From positions 1-44,406 of IMG/VR virus record IMGVR_UViG_3300031965_000059: a stretch of 44,406 bases of DNA; one strand, given 5' to 3'. The DNA comes from a virus (Duplodnaviria; Caudoviricetes). Position 1 is the first letter of the stretch, and each line of letters begins with the position of its first letter. The position numbers and the translations under genes are program-made. Of the stretch, positions 43,093 through 44,406 are shown in pieces. The notes beneath the pieces are model-generated. The model ran no database searches and was not told the origin of the DNA. It saw only the letters and a program-made list of their open reading frames with translations.

Positions 43093-43959
43093 CTACCACC
43101 TGTAGGAGCGCATCGCCATCTCGGGTCCCGGCTGCGCTCGGTCCATGTGCAGCGGCCGTTGCGAGACCTGCCGCACCTGCTGCTTCTTCGCGTCCAGCAG
43201 CTCCGCTTCCGCCTGTCGCATCTCCGCCCCGAACAGGTCCTTCGCGTGAGCATCGCCGATCATGTTCCAGATGCGCCGCAGGCCCTCAACCCTCGCCTGC
43301 GCCTTGATGAGACGCGCCGGACACGTGGTCGTCGACGCATCGGTGGCGAGCGGCTCGCAGAAGTGACGCGCCTCGATCTCGATCTCCGCGTCGACGTCGG
43401 TGGGCAGCACGGGGAAGTTGAGGCTGATGGCGTTCACGTCTTCGATCACGTCAAACACCGGCGCGTCCTGCTTCTCGATGGAGCCGTTCACGGTCCACTT
43501 GAAGACGACACGCTGGATCTGCTGCTCCGTCTGAATCCACTCGGCGCCGGTGGGCATCGCGTAGAGCGACTGGGATTCGACGATTGTGATGCTCACGTGC
43601 TCCGTGAAGTAGAGGGCGGCGAGCGCGTTGTTCACGACGGTCCGCCAGTCCGGCCGCGGCAGGATCAGGTAGATGTCGACAGGCTGGCCGTTCACGATGC
43701 TGCCGGGCACGGCGCGGTTCAGAGTCAGGACACCGGTCGTCTCATCGAAGGGCGGGATGATGCGCCGCCAGTCGCTGTTGCCGGCCGTGATCGGGGAGAT
43801 GTAGGCGGCCAGCGGCGCGAGCCCCTGCGAGAAGAGGTCGCTCAGCTCGACGACGGTCACGTTACTGGCGCTGACCCCACTCGCCGTGCCGCGAAAGCGC
43901 AGCTTCAGGTCGCCGGCGACCGCCTCGTAGATCTCTTGCAGGGTGATCGTCTCGGCCGT
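43093..43959 (-). CDS. Head-tail adaptor protein, probable ACG start
   Basis: GGAGG 9 nt before ACG GCC GAG...; (M)AETITLQEIYEAVAGDL N-terminus; VNNALAALY and Y.MP motifs; follows capsid/cement genes. Confidence 0.65.
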   Translation of the reverse strand, partial: TAETITLQEIYEAVAGDLKLRFRGTASGVSASNVTVVELSDLFSQGLAPLAAYISPITAGNSDWRRIIPPFDETTGVLTLNRAVPGSIVNGQPVDIYLILPRPDWRTVVNNALAALYFTEHVSITIVESQSLYAMPTGAEWIQTEQQIQRVVFKWTVNGSIEKQDAPVFDVIEDVNAISLNFPVLPTDVDAEIEIEARHFCEPLATDASTTTCPARLIKAQARVEGLRRIWNMIGDAHAKDLFGAEMRQAEAELLDAKKQQVRQVSQRPLHMDRAQPGPEMAMRSYRW

Positions 43960-43980
43960 GGTGCGCTACCTCCGTACCAG

Positions 43981-44025
43981 GAGAGAGGGGAGGGGCCGCC
44001 CCAGCAAGGCAGTCGGCCCCTCCCC
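43981..44025 (-). terminator. Hairpin after capsid/cement genes (terminator-like)
   Basis: 12-bp stem GGGGAGGGGCCG/CGGCCCCTCCCC followed by TCTCTC. Confidence 0.5.
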
Positions 44026-44060
44026 GATTCGTTCGTAACCCCTCAGCTGGCCTCCTCCGG

Positions 44061-44406
44061 TTAGGCGGCGGCTCCCCGCGTGAGGTAGCTCGTCACCGCG
44101 ACGGTCGCGGCGGCGTCGGCGGTCGTCCGTCCGGTCGTGCTGTACACCGTCCGGAACCGGATCAGCGTCGGGTCGACAACCGCCAGTTCGTCGCGGAACG
44201 CACGGCCGATGTTCACCCGCCGGACCACCTGCTGGTTCGTGGCGAGCGAAGGGTCGTCGAGCTGGACTTCGGTGCCGTCTCCCGCCCTCCACGACGAGGC
44301 CGCGTCGAGCGAGATCTGGAGTTCGGCGTTGAACGTCCCCTGGACCGCAACCGGTGTCGCGGTCGCCTCCTCGATCTCCAGCACCCAGACCAGTTCGCCG
44401 CTCAGC
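44061..44406 (-). CDS. Putative capsid cement protein, 3' part
   Basis: In frame with 264..1 through the terminal overlap; beta-strand-rich. Confidence 0.65.
   Translation of the reverse strand, partial: LSGELVWVLEIEEATATPVAVQGTFNAELQISLDAASSWRAGDGTEVQLDDPSLATNQQVVRRVNIGRAFRDELAVVDPTLIRFRTVYSTTGRTTADAAATVAVTSYLTRGAAA
44280..44406. repeat. Terminal direct repeat copy 2
   Basis: Identical to 1-127. Confidence 0.95.

Noticed and set aside
44280-44406. 127-bp repeat as a biological terminal repeat or att site
   Set aside because: It falls in the middle of a coding sequence and matches a standard assembly k-mer length, so it is most likely an assembly overlap.

Overview
The window looks like one complete, circularly assembled, GC-rich temperate phage genome of about 44,279 bp: bases 1-127 are repeated exactly at 44280-44406, and one gene runs across the join. 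Morphology is podovirus-like (no tail tube, sheath or true tape measure recognised). A minus-strand late region encodes, in order: terminase, portal, two large ejection proteins (one with a lytic transglycosylase), scaffold, epsilon15/BPP-1-type major capsid, cement protein, head-tail adaptor, tail hub/nozzle, fibre-like proteins, several holin-like membrane proteins and an amidase endolysin. A long minus-strand early operon encodes a Cas4-like exonuclease, RecT-like annealase, HerA-like ATPase, RuvC, C5 and N6A methyltransferases, TOPRIM primase, DUF5131, DUF3987 helicase and a tyrosine recombinase. A divergent promoter pair separates it from a short operon encoding an XRE repressor, an HNH nuclease and a second tyrosine recombinase. 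An iteron/palindrome locus lies near 15.3 kb. Four observations stand out. (1) Both recombinase genes are followed, exactly 8 nt after their stop codons, by the same 40-bp motif (33/40 identical); the two copies are inverted and bracket the whole 17.6-kb early region. (2) Three genes appear to start at ATT, ACG and ATA. (3) A terminator/antiterminator-type leader precedes the scaffold-capsid genes. (4) A roughly 390-nt structured leader on the early operon may switch access to the ribosome binding site. All product calls come from motif recognition by eye; no database searches were run.
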